From Phoronis australis (Eukaryota; Animalia; Phoronida): a stretch of DNA of 64,000 bases. Positions within the stretch are counted from its first letter, which is position 1; each line of letters opens with the position of its first letter. The notes under the pieces are model-generated. The model did no database searches, was not told the DNA's origin, and saw only the letters and a program-made list of their open reading frames with translations. The stretch spans positions 436,443-500,442 of the forward strand of contig NMRA01000334.1 of assembly GCA_002633005.1 (NCBI GenBank). The letters run 5' to 3'. Positions 1 to 13,140 of the stretch are shown here, one piece after another. Made by a program: the position numbers and the translations under genes.

Positions 1-883
1 TTATATGCCTCAACGATGATGATGGTGACGCTAATGGATTTGAACACTGCGTTTGATTATTTGTGTTATTTAAAGAGATGTGATTTTTGTGGATATGTTC
101 CATTTTACTGCTTTTCATCAATACTGAATAATTTACAAATTTCCTTGTTAATAAGTAGGACAATGTTGGACGGTGGCCACCGTCTCTAGCTGGCCCCAGT
201 AGAGATGGTGAAGCACCTACAGAAGTTTTATACGCCAAAAGCTTTTCGTTGAAATATGCCTCACATTGCAACTTCCAACAAAGTCACGTTGTGATAAGTA
301 CAGTTTTGTACCTTTTGCGCATAGAGGAACATGTTAGGAGGACGTCGATGTCTTTAATTCCTTCCAACTCAAACAAATTAATACTCCCGTAATTAATCTA
401 ATCAAACTTTTTTCTTGGAGTATTCCTTGGTTCAGTTGTTCTACTCGGCAAGTGGCCATTTGTTACACTGCCGATTTGGGCAACTGGACGTGAAAGAACT
501 ACTCGATGAAGAAGTTTGATTACAGGATTATTTGTTTTAGTTGGAAGGAATTGTAGACAGCGACGGCCTTCTAATATGTCCCTCGATGGGCAAAAGGTAG
601 GCCTATCTATAACAACTTGACTTTGTTGTTTTAATCCGTTTGAGGCATAATTAAACAAAAACCTTCACCGTCTCTGCTAATGACAGTTGAAGACGATGGT
701 CACTGTCTAGGCCTACGTGTGCCTATACCTTTATTCCTAACAAAAATTCCACACTAAAGCCCCATACATGTGGGTCTAACACCCTTTAGGAGCCTTACCG
801 ACTTCCTACTTCGTACGGTTTCGCAAACGAACAATTCCAGCGAGTGCCCCAAAGTGCTTTGTGGGAGACACAGCCCAATTTAA

Positions 884-2611
884 TTTTTAAGACCCCAAAT
901 ATTTATATGTTGGTGCATATTGCCGTCATCTCTGTCTGGGCGTCCAGGCGCCCTGCGTCCGTGGCTGTATCTCCTAAACCCCTTGCAGGATCTTATTGAA
1001 ATTTGGCAGATGTGTTCCTTTGGGGTTGCCGACGGAGGGAAAAGAATTTCGGATCGATCCGAGTACCGCTGAGTCCCATAGTGGCAATTTTAGTTTTTTA
1101 CGTATGCCTCTGTATATTCAAAGGTACACAATTGATTTTCATGAAATTTGGCACATAGGCATCAATTAATGAGATAACGCTATCCACGGTTTTCGGATGA
1201 ATTCGAGGAATTTTGCGCCATCTAGTGGCCATTTTTAGTATTTTCGAGTCCGTTTGTTGGCGTCCGCTCCTCTATCAACCAAACCACTTTAAGGATGATT
1301 AAGAAAATTGGCATGTATGTTCTTACTATGAAGAGGACGGGTCACGATGATTTTCCGACGACTTCAACTACTGTGGCGCCTCCTAGTGGCAGTTTTGTTC
1401 TGTTTTTGCGCCCATGACTCTATCTCCTAAAGGCTCTACTGGATCTTTATTAAATGTAGCGAATGTGTTTAAATGAAGTTGACAACGGACAACGACGACT
1501 TCCGGACAGATCAGACTACAGGTGTGCCCCCTAGTGGCAATTTTATTTTTTTACGTTTACCTCTGTATCTTCAACGGTCCTTAACGGATTTCTATAAAAT
1601 TTTGCACATAGGGATCTATTAATGAAGTGACGCAACCTTCCCGTTTTCGGATAGATTCGAGGTATTTTGCGCCACCTGGTGGCCATTTTCACTGTTTTCG
1701 AGTTGTTTTTTTTGGCGTTCGTCTCTCCATCAACGAACCAGTCTAATAATGATTGTGAAAATTGGCATGTATGTTCTTACTATGAAGAGGACTGTTGACA
1801 GTGATTTTCCGACGACTTCAACAATTGTGGTGCCTCCTAGTGGCAGTTTTGTTTGTTTTTGCGCCAATGGCTGTATCTTCTAAACGCTCTACAGGATCTT
1901 CAATAAATCTAGCAAATGTGTTTATATGAAGTTAACAACAGAAGACGATGACTTTCAGAAGGGTCCAACTAACACTGCCCCCTAACGGCAATTTCATTTT
2001 TTCTGTTTTCCTGTTTCTCTGAAGTTCCTCGACGAATTTTCATGGAATTTGTTAAATAGCTTTTTTAAAGAAATGATGACATTTTCCGGTTTTCAGATGG
2101 ATTCGAAATGTTTTGCGCCATCTAATGACCATTTTTATTAGTCTGTTTTTGCCGTGCGCTCTCTGTCAACCAAACCACTCTTAGGATGGTTGTGAAAATT
2201 ATCTTATATATTGTTAGTGTGAAGAGGACGGTTGACGGTGATTTTCAGGCTTCAATTCCTGTGGCGCCTCGTATTGGCAGTTTTTTTGCGCCCCTAGCTG
2301 TTTGTCCTAATCCCTCTGCAGAATGTTTATTAAGTTTAGCAAGTGTATTTATGTGACGTTGACAACGGAAGACAACAACTTTCAGACAGGATCCGCTAAA
2401 CGTTTGTCTCCTAGCGGAAATTTTTTTCCGTTTTGCTAAATATTCGTGGAGTATTTTCATGTTAAAAACGGTGACATTTTCCAGTTTTTTGATGGATTCG
2501 AAATATTTTGCACTATCTAATTGCCATTTTTATGATACAAATAAACACCCTGAAAGCACACCGTTTGCAGTGTATTCGTGGGCGCATTTCAACGCTCTGC
2601 GTTGATCTTGT
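884..2611 (+). mobile_element. Helentron/HINE-like non-autonomous repeat with internal ~150-bp (~450-bp higher-order) tandem array
   Basis: T-rich start, diverged internal repeats (ggattttcatgaaatttggca / gcgccatctagtggcc), terminal hairpin caacgctctgcgttg then atcttgt; related copy at 22721-23833. Confidence 0.65.
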
Positions 2612-2920
2612 AGAACTTTTTGTAATGTAAGCAAAACAGCTATTGGTCACAGTCTCTTGACGTGAAAATAGGGAATTAGAAATACACTTTTAAAAGTTTG
2701 ATTGAATAAAGCACAATCTTCATTTTACGCGTCTGAAAGATCCATTTAAGGTTCACAGGACCGAGATACATGTACATGTATGTTGCATAAGCCATAGTGA
2801 CGTACACTATAAGTCATCTGATATGGAGAAAACTGTGTATCTGGCACTGGAGATACTAGAGAATAATAGAGCCGTCCCGGATTACACGACGATAGAAGTC
2901 TTCTTTGTCCCGGTGATTTA

Positions 2921-5900
2921 AGAGAGAGAGAGAGAGAAAACGCTTTTATTTACATTACATAATAGTAAAACATTGATTAAAATTTGATTTCAATTAGGAG
3001 GCCTTCTACAGGTTATTGACCGCTAATAAGACGATCCCCTGTACAAGATAAACAAATGGAAATGCAAAAATCAGTAGGAATACTTAAGAAAACAGTGAAT
3101 TAGTGCTGAAAACGACCGACACGCCAGGAACCAAGAAGTAAACTGGCACAGCTCAGGAGATTTTGAGAATACAATTAGATACTGTTACATATGAAGCAAT
3201 TGGAAATATGACAAACTGGATCGTAGTTGTTAATAATAAAATTGGTTAAGAACCTGGAGAATGCTTGCAAAGAATGCGTTTTTATTATATTTAGAGCAGA
3301 GACTGGTATTTCGTTGTTGTTTATAAGTCAAGGAATCTGAAATCTAATACAGGCTCTTGATGACAATTTGTTGGACGGAGGAATTAAAATTTTGGGTTGT
3401 ATTGTCGGTATAGTAGCTGAGTATTGATTCAGGTACATGTATGTAGGAGTTTAATGTGTCTGGTTGGCTTATATTGGATGGGTTTACTAAAGAAGTTGTT
3501 AGTGTAAAAATACTTAGGAAGCTGATTATTCAGGAATTTATAGTAAAATTTTGCAGTTGAGATTTTAAAGATGTCTTGAACTAGAGGGAGGCGAAGTTCC
3601 TTACATATGGGCAGAGAGTGAGCATTATAACTTGAATTTGATATATTCCTAAGGATTCTTTTCTGGGCTGTCTGAAGTTTCTTAGTGTTGCCAAAACCCC
3701 AAGTTGCAATGCCATAGTTTAAATGTGGAAGGACAAAAAAGTGAATTATATGCCAACTTGAGAGCTGGAAGAGGAAGATAAGATTTCAATTTGTATAAGA
3801 GTCCACCGAGATTGTTAAGTTTGTTTGAGATGAGGTTAATGTGGGGGGACCATGAGAAGTTTTTGTCAACAGTAATACCAAGGAAAGGAAAACTGTTCAC
3901 ATGATACATTGTTTTGCTATTTATATAAATGGTGGGAATAATACATTTTTAAATTTTCTTTTGGGGGTAGTGGAAGATCATTAATTTATTTTTGATGTGT
4001 TAATTGAAAGTTTGTTCAAAGAAAATCAGTCTGAAATAGATTTAAGGTTGTTATTGATGGTGGTCGATTGCTGTAAAGTGTGTTGGGAAGATTCAGTCAG
4101 TTTGTAAGGTTTGACAAGGCAAGTGTCGTCAGCATAAAGAAGTGTGTCCATGGGAGAAGAAAATGAAAGATCATTTATGTAAACTAGGAAGAGAAGTGGG
4201 CCAAGGACAGAGCCGTGGGGAACTCCGTTAGATATTGGTAACCAACTGGAAGTTGTATCACTTAGTGAAACATATTGGGTGCGGTTTGAGAGGTAACTTT
4301 TAAACAGGGTATATTCAACTTCAGTAATGCCACAGTGATTTATCTTTTGCAAGAGTATTTTGTGGTCTATTGCGTCGAAAGCTTTCGAGAGATCTAGAAA
4401 GATGACCAGGGGATTCATGTCATTATCAAGATGGGAACAAATACGGTCTAAAAGTTCAAGCGAAGCAAGTTCTGTAGAGTGACATTTCCTGAAACCATAT
4501 TGATGTTTATTAAGTATATCATTTTCATTTAGGAAAATTGAAAGTTGATTATGGTTATTTTTTTCTATAATTTTTGATATTGTTGGAAGAATAGAAATGG
4601 GTCTATAATTGCCCGGGTGCTCTGGGTCCAAACCATGTTGTTTAAAAACTGGGATCACCTTAGCAATCTATAGAGCATCTGGAAATATACCAGTGTTCAA
4701 GCACTGGTTGATGATGGTCGTGAGAGGTTCAATTATAAAAGGACTGCTTATTTTGATAATTTTAGATGATAAATTGTCATGACCAGTGCTATTTTTTGTG
4801 TACATGTCTCTTATAATATCTAGTACATGTTTATTATTAATTGGTTTGAAAGAGAACTTAAATTTGTTTGGCGTGGGAAGTCTATGAAATTCTTGTTTTT
4901 ATCATAGTTATTGATTCAGAAAGGGATGGGCCGATTTGAGTAAAGTAGGTGTTGAATAAACTTGCCATTTCGGGTAGGTCACTGGTTTTATTGTTATCTG
5001 AACGTAAGAGACATTCTGGGGTGTCATTTTTTGTTCGAACGCCGTTGTTCATAACTGTCTTTATTGTATCCCATGTTTTATTTATGTCAGACTTCCCTTT
5101 TTCGAATGTGTCATAATAGTAAGATTGCTTGGCGGAATCAATAGTTTTTTGAGAATCTTGTTGTATACTTTAAGATTGTTGTGGCATGTAGCGTAGGATT
5201 GTCTGTTGCGAGGGGTTGTCATGGTTTGTTTGTACAGTTTATCTCGGTAACGAATGGAAATTAAAATACCATGTGTAATCCATGAGTTAAGCGCGTGTTT
5301 GTGTTTATTATATCTAACATTTTTCGGACTAAAGTGTTTTTTCGTGAGATATGTCAAAGTATCACTGAGTATTGCGTAGTTGTGATTGGGGTCACAATCT
5401 AGGCTGCGGTCTAGCTTTCAATGATATTGCAGTTCCGTAAGCTATTGAGAAAGTGAGTTTTTGTTTGCGGTGTGTAAGAATATTTTGAGACGAAAGTAGG
5501 GCGTTTAGGGTGGATTTTCTTTATCGATTTTGAAGCAATGAAGATAGGACAGTGGTCTGAAATCGAAGAGAGAAGAATACCAGAGTGTGTATGTATGTGA
5601 CCGTATGATGTTGATGTAAAGAAGTTATCTATTAAAGTTGCTGATGTGGGGCTAAGACGTGTAGGGTATGTAATTGAAGGTCTTAAATTGTGATTTGTCA
5701 TAAAATCCAGGAATGTTTGAACTTTATTATTTGTTTGTGTCTCTAGAAGATTTAAGTTATAATCTCCACCTAAAATCAGTGTTTGACGCTGATTTTGAAG
5801 GTTTTCGATGATGGGACAGAATTCTTCAATAAACACGTCAAAGGTTCTAATGGGTGAAGTCCGCGGTCTGTAAAAGTTACCGACGCAGATGCTATAGTTG

Positions 5901-6420
5901 TTAATAGAGATAAAAGTGAGTAGGCCTTCGAACGTAGAATAAGCATCAAGAACTTGAATTTTTTTGACATGAAGATTATCATTTACGTAAGTGATAAGGC
6001 CACCGTGTGATGAACATAAGCTAGATGCAGGTTTGGAGTACATGTTGTAACCGTCAATTTGAAAGACTGAAAGGCAGCTGGTCGTGGTTAACCATGATTC
6101 TTGTATTAAGATAATGTCGAAAAATAATTCTTTAGAGTGAATGTTGTGCAGGAATGATTCAAACTGAGTGAATTTTTCGTTAAGTGATTGAATGTTAATA
6201 CTTAACACGGTAAGACTTGATTTATTTAGTTCAAGAAAGTTTTTAACTCCTTCTGTATCAAAAGATGGGATTTGGTAATTGGAGCCTCGGTGCAACATTC
6301 AAGGGACTTACATGTACATGTATATAAGAGACAGAAGTCTAGTGCATTCTCACCTCCATAACTAGATAATAGAGGAGCAGGATCAAGAGCTGCGCCAGCA
6401 GAAAACTGGCTTACGTTGGC
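2921..6420 (-). mobile_element. Degenerate non-LTR retrotransposon (CR1/L2/Crack-like) ORF2: APE endonuclease + reverse transcriptase
   Basis: ORF 5411-6298 has APE motifs (NIQS, IQESWL, GDYN, TLIDNFF, SDHCPIF); ORF 4026-4658 has RT motifs (NYRPISILP, QYGFR, FLDLSKAFD, GVPHGSVLGP, YADD); frameshifts and stops; 3' AATAAA (2945-2950) followed by a (TC)n tail. Confidence 0.92.
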
Positions 6421-7033
6421 CATAAATGGATATTTACATGTGTTATTCTTTGATTGGTCCTAGGATATCGGTCATCACATAAGTTCATTGAAATAGCGCA
6501 CATGAAAAAATTCACAAGGGGTGGGTAAGATAAACGGATAAAAAGTTTAAACAATCATAAACAGGCAAGACAGATACTGAGAAACATGCATGAAGCATTA
6601 GACATTTGGAAACTTTAACATGTAAAATTACAAGTCAAATCTGTGCATATATATAAATAGTAAACACTATTTGGATTAACTATGAAGCACATGACCGTCT
6701 TCGTTTTGGAAATCATGCGCATTTTCGCAGATCATGTCGGAAACTGGCGAAGTACTGGTACTACCAACTCCAATGGTAACAAGTAGTAATTTTTGAATAT
6801 GCTTCTGATTCGAAGCGCTTCACGTAGGCTAATCATCGGGCCGTACCCGACCCAACTTATGCCCGAGTGGTGATTGCGTAGGTGATAGGATCGTGCGGAC
6901 GATTAGAAGACGCTTTACATGTACGTCATTCATTGACATTGAACGTGCGTGGTTGCCACATCATTATCGAAGGCCAAATGGGTTAACGTTACGTCGTTAG
7001 AGATTACGTGTGTAACGGTTGTTTCTTGTTAGT

Positions 7034-7255
7034 AAAGTAATTATTTGCGGCATTAAGTAATTATTTACGGCGTAAAGTAATTATTTGTGGCGTAGAGTAT
7101 TTATTTAAGACGTTAAGTAATTATTACATTTAGGCGTAAAGTAATTATTTGCTGCTCTGGAAGTTACTTTAATCCACAAATAATTACTATACTTTACGCC
7201 GCAATAACCACTTTACGCCGCAAATATTTACTTATCGCTGCACATAATTCCTTTA
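7034..7255. repeat. 21-bp tandem repeat (aagtaattatttgcggcgta) followed by inverted copies (foldback)
   Basis: About 6 direct units, then reverse-complement units (tactttacgccgcaaata). Confidence 0.75.
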
Positions 7256-8774
7256 GTTCTGTCTTTTCTCGACCAGTTTGCTAACGAAATGTGACTTTTC
7301 TGACAAAGTTCCCGACTAAAGAATGCCTTCAAACCCTGAAATTTCATACAGTTTTGAAAGTTCGTAAACAAAAAGGCACACTTATTCCAACAAATTTTCA
7401 ATAATTATGAACGTGTACAGCCTGTGTAGCAAAAGTACTACTTTTTGACAACGAGTGGCGCCTCTTTTTGAAGTACATGACTTTCAGGGTTATCTGGTTA
7501 AAGTTGGAGTTAGCCTATGAAATTACATTGGTCCGTGAAAAAAGAGTGGTGTTTCTGGAACAAGACATTAAATAATGATGACCCTGTCATGAAAGTTCCC
7601 TACAATGGGTCCCTGTTTTCGTGTCTGCTCTCTAAATGTGTGTATGGTTCCGATTTTAATCTACGCGCCTCGTCAAAAATTTTGTTAAAAGGATACCAAA
7701 TCCTGTTTTGATCTATTAGCAGGTACTAAAAAACAACTTTTCCACCCAATTCTATGAAACAAAATAATGCTCTGTAGCCATCGAAAACACTGAAGTTAAG
7801 TTTGGAGGAAAATTTGAAAACTCGTTTCTAAGTCTGTTCAACGCGGAAAGCTCTTTTAGCAAATTGTGGAAAGACCATCCACGATCCACTCTGTGACAAA
7901 GGGGACTAAAGTTTTAATTTATTTCTGCTTTTATCTTTAAAGATTGACGCTAGTGATGTGTTACCAGGTGACAGAACTAGGAGTGTTTGAAGTAATCAAA
8001 ACAGGTTTTAATAGCCCTTTAAGTATTATCCCGCATAGAGCCCGCACTATACTCACAAGAGAAAGATTCGTGCACCTCATTATGCAGTACCGGAAAGCTA
8101 TACATGTAAACTATTAAGAAGCTAGTCTATGATCTGCTAATATCTGGACATGTAATTGGCTTCAACTAAACTTGGGGAACATTATGGTGGTTTAGCCAGA
8201 GTTTAATCTTAAACACCTGCACTTAATTACTCGCCCTTTGGATTTTCGTCCACCAAACTTGGTAGTTATCGATTTGAGGACTGCAAAGTTTAGACCTCGT
8301 TTATTGGTATTAAAGCCACCTTTGATCTTCACACGCGTACTTGCATTTAGCAACTCACAATTGAGAAATGTTCTGATAGTCAACGCTTTGCTATGGTTTA
8401 ACGATGAAGTGTACACCGAATGTGCTCATCGTAGCCAGTACTTAAATCTTCCAAGCAGAACAACAACTGACGACCCCTAAGTAGACAGAACTGGGTACCA
8501 AGAAATGATTTTGGGCATCTTTCAAGTCTAGGCAGCAGCTCTGTTGCATTTTAGCTGGGTTGACATCATGACAACCTTGAGCAATTTTAATATGCAGATT
8601 AAGGCCGCCATTAGGCCAACTTCTATTTTTGTTCATAACTTCCTTACCAACCACTGCGGACAATTATTTTGATATTTTCAACCATGTTCCTATGGTCAGC
8701 AAATTTAATGTTGCTACTTTGGAGGAGGATGCATCGAGAGTTGGCATAGATTATGCAAATTAAGGCACCCATTA

Positions 8775-8933
8775 CAGGGGCGGATCCTCGATTTTTAGTT
8801 GGGGGGGGGCCAGGGCAGAGTATTAGCCAGGATTTTGCCGTCAGACATTAGCAACCCCGAAATGCTAAGTGGAATCTGGAATAGTTTTAGGGGGGGCCAT
8901 AGCCCCATTGGCCCACCTCTAACTCCGCCACTG
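8775..8933. mobile_element. Short MITE-like element
   Basis: Imperfect inverted termini caggggcgga...tccgccactg; catta on both flanks; related termini near 44111 and 51400. Confidence 0.5.
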
Positions 8934-11900
8934 CATTATTGAAAATTCCATTTATGCTTATTGTTGCAATTATTCGGGACCACATGCCAATTATGTTGAT
9001 TTTTGCAACCATATTCCTAACCTCGTTTCTAAATGAAACCATTTTGCAGGTTGTCAGTGTTGCATGACAAATGTGCTTAATTTATGCAATATTTGACAAC
9101 CATTATTTATGATTCTTTTATTTAAAATTCACCTTCTGCTCATAACTTCCTTCTTGGTGCTACATGTAATTTTTTGATATTTAAAGCCAGAGAATTTAAC
9201 GAAGTCAGTGTGCAGGTCATTACACCATCAATTTGCATAAAATTGCGGGCACTACATGTAAATTTTTGAAGTCAGAGAATTTAAAGCAATCAGTGTGCAC
9301 AATTTGTATAAATTGGGAAAACCAAGAGTAGTTTGGCTCATCGTCTTCATAACGCGACTCTGGCAGTTTCACCATCTGAAACAAGATTTGAAATTATTTT
9401 TAGAAGTGTGCTGGCAGTATGCAGAATCGTCTTACTTTTAGTGGCGTAACTAAGATCATACACCAGGATATTGATATGAATACAATGCAAGTGTAGCTTT
9501 ACCTTTACACTGGATTTAACCCACAATTAACCATAACACCAAGCTTAATAAATTTTAAAGTTTTGTTAGAGAATTTTCCAAAATTTCCTGTTCCAAAGCT
9601 TTGCTGGCATATTCAAATAGCACCTTCTAGCTTTAAAAGATTAGCAAAATAGCGTTTGCTTGCGGAGAACTTGCCTTCTTACGAAACTTATAAAGATCTA
9701 CAAAAGGTACCTGTTCGTTCATTTGGTTCTTGTACTGTACATATTTTCAATTGCACTACTCAATCAATGGTCGTCACACGTGGCCGATCTAACAAGGATA
9801 TTTTCGAAAGTTTCGAAACGTGTTACGAAATCAAAAAATAAAGCTTTTTTGTGGATTTTAAACATACAATTTGAACCTTGACTACAATTATTGGGATATT
9901 GTATATGAGCAGCTGGCAAATAAGACAGGCCCTGTGATGCATGTAACAAGTTCCTATCGCATGATATTTTTAAAAGCTTCCCACATAACAATCGTTTCCA
10001 AACTGTACATGTACATACATGCATACGCAAAGCAATTGTGGAAGTGGATTAGCATCACATTGTTACACTTGGCCGATTGTAGTTTAAAACCACACAATTG
10101 CCTTTAAGCGACCTACAATCCATTTGATGTATATGATCAGCAGCACCACTCAAGCATTATAAAGACCCATTTATCTAAGTGTGATGTCATCACCATGTTC
10201 TTTACTTTGTTGTATACATATAACTGTTGTGAGTCCATGGACCTTAAAAACGAAATAAAAATGTTAATACATGTAGCAAATTATATTATATTCCATTCAA
10301 TATGGTCGTTTATACATGTAGCTCATGTTAAGTAATCGTTTATTCCCCAAATTAAAATACAGGTGATTTCTTGACGTGTAAACAACAATGAAAACAAAAA
10401 CCCTAGAGGTTTCCAAGAACTATAAAAGATGGAAAATCGTAGTATTGAATAAAGCTTACTTTGATCTATTGCCACTTCAATGGAAAATTTAAAACAACAC
10501 ATCACGGAGAGTTTAAACTATATTGGAAGCATTGTATTAAATTTGCTGGCATGACCAACGGTATTACAGAATTCACCACCATGCACGGAAATTGCCTTTC
10601 TTCTAAAATATAATAACCAGTATCCGGATCTGGAATTTGGTCCTCGTGTATGGATCATTTTCGGCGCGCGCGTGTGAACTTTAAAGGTACAATCTGCCCG
10701 CTGTTCCAGGACTGAAACTTAGGGTATTGTAGGTGGTATATACATGTAGAGGCGCGATTATGGAAATATTTCCATCCCTCGATAGCATTCTATTGAAGTA
10801 ATGAGTAGAACACTATCCTTTGAGAAAAACTAGAATAAATTACTTGGCGCGTGGAAACTTCGTAATGAATTGCAATGGGGCTATTCGGAAAATTTACAAT
10901 AACTAGAGGGCGCGCGTGTACTAGTGGCGATAGATTAAGAAGCCTCGATTTCGAGAGCCCTTTAAATACATGGTGAAATGACTTGCAGCCGTGCCCACTG
11001 AATCTGAGATTGCGTAAAAAGGGTGTTTCTATGACAGAAAGTAAGCCTAACCTTATACAAAAGTAATATTTGTGATTATTTTATCGATTATTCCATGTAT
11101 ATTCTACTGGTGCTTGTTAACTGTGGTACTCGCCGATGTCGACTTCGCGGCAGTCGCCAGTCGGGTAAATCTTTGTTTGTTGTGATGCGTGTTAAGAAAC
11201 TTGACATAAAATTCGGGATCTTTTCGTACATCAAAGCATTATTATTGTTTGGAATGATTTCTTACAGGTTTATCGGTGACGGTCTATGCTGAATATTTAT
11301 GCTGTCAACTCGATATTGGTTAGTGAGTTAAGATTACCATCGAAGCCCTATGGCAAAGGGTACGTGACAAATATGCATTGCAGTAGACTATTTGTTTACT
11401 CCCTATCATATGTCTTCCGGAAATCTATTACGCGTTGAAATAGGAAATTTATCATGTCTGTTTTCACTTTAGGTTTGAGGGATGCACCGTACTTGAATTG
11501 ACAAAATTGGTTTCTGCAGCTCAGCAAGATCTTAATTCCCATCCAGTGCAGATCTGTTGTCAAAGCTTACTTTCTATATCGAAGACAATAAACAAGGACT
11601 TTGAAAAGGAACAGCTATTTTTATAGAAAGGTATGTAAGTCGTTTAGTTAAATTTACTTATTCAGGTCCTTAACGAGGGATTGGCATAGGGGGGTGGCTT
11701 GTAAAATTTGGTGAAACTGAATGTGTGGAAGTAACAGGTAATACATGCTTGGGGGAAAGAGCATGGTAAGGTAATTCTTAACCGTCTTGAAATTCCTTCC
11801 AAGTTTATTTCATGAAATTGTTTTGCTATCATTTGTAAACCCATAAAAATATATTATATTTTCTGAATTCTCAGTGACTGAATAGTCTTAACTCGTGCCT

Positions 11901-12295
11901 TGAAATGTTGTAAGTCGTTTACAAATTCAAATGACTACCATTTTTGTGAAATTTGCATTTTTGATGGTGCTTTACGATTTGTAATTACTCTTAAACAACA
12001 GAAAGATTTTCGATCATTTTTAAATGACCCAAGTCTTAATATCTTCTATTAGAAGAAAAGTAAAAAGGCTGAGAAACGGTTCCCTCAGCCTTAGATTAGA
12101 AGTATGCTTGGCAGACCCATGAATCTGTAATCGGAGTTTAAAATTGTTGAAAATATCAAAAATAAAAAGGCTTGACAATGGGTAAAAAATGTTTGAAGTT
12201 GTCGCAAAAAAACTTGTATGTTTTGCAGACAAGTGATGCGTTTAAAAAATTATAATGGCTACGAATGAAAAAAAGACATAGATTATTACATGGCG

Positions 12296-12423
12296 AAGTC
12301 GTTATCCCACGTTATCTAGAGTCCGAGTGGATTTTGGAGAATTATCGCCCAAGGGGCATTAGCCTCGAGGGTGATAATTCTCCAAAACCCACGAAGGCTT
12401 TATATAATGGAGGATAACGACTG
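12296..12423. repeat. Long imperfect palindrome
   Basis: gtggattttggagaattatcgccc...gggtgataattctccaaaacccac, outer arms agtcgttatcc / ggataacgact. Confidence 0.8.
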
Positions 12424-12730
12424 AAAACATGTTACAATATATTTATACCACATACTGAACGAGAAACATTGCAATGAATCGATCTTCCTTTCACGACTCG
12501 CCTCGGCTTTGTAACTACTTTCTATGTCAGACTCAGAGGCCCGGGGTCGGAGGTCGTGACCTTTTAATAAAAGCCTAGCTATTTTTGTCCAATAATGCTT
12601 ATACATGTACTCAAAACCAATTGAAAATTTAAACAAAATAGAAATAAAGGAAATCTACAAATTAAGGTTTAGCAACTATTATAGCTTGCTGCACATTTTA
12701 TCACGCTAAGCTTCGACCGGGAAAATATGG

Positions 12731-13140
12731 TCTGCTAAAGTAGGTTAACACTAGTAACTGACTATAATACTCAAGTCAAAGGATCCCGACGACACGATAC
12801 CCGCATTCAAATTGGAGATCGGTGAGTTACAAGTGAGAGAACACGAAATTAATAAATCACTGAATTAAAATATCGTTTTTATGGAAATTATGCGTATGTC
12901 GGTGCAACTGCCCTTTGCTGAAAATGCAATTGTTGCGCGTGCTCATTTAAGTATTCTATTTTCACGTTTGATGACGTCAGCCGCTGAGTCGTGTTGTGGT
13001 AAAGTCGGCGACTCGAAACTCTTGAGGCCCGTTTTCGAATCTGGCGTCGCTTTCCCGCCAAAATGTTATCTCACTAGTGAGATAACTTTATGGGTTTTAC
13101 ACCGTTGTATCTGCCATTCGAGGCTTAAATTGTGGTATAA
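12731..13140 (+). repeat. Dispersed ~410-bp repeat containing a tRNA-like segment (12980-13050)
   Basis: Inverted copy at 51594-52009 (shared ggatcccgacgacacgatacccgcattcaaattggagatcggtga). Confidence 0.85.

Noticed and set aside
8192-8416. Penelope-like KRGLNFAV motif
   Set aside because: Single short motif with no supporting RT sequence nearby
12980-13050. Functional tRNA gene
   Set aside because: Stems do not pair properly and the second copy has lost part of the T arm
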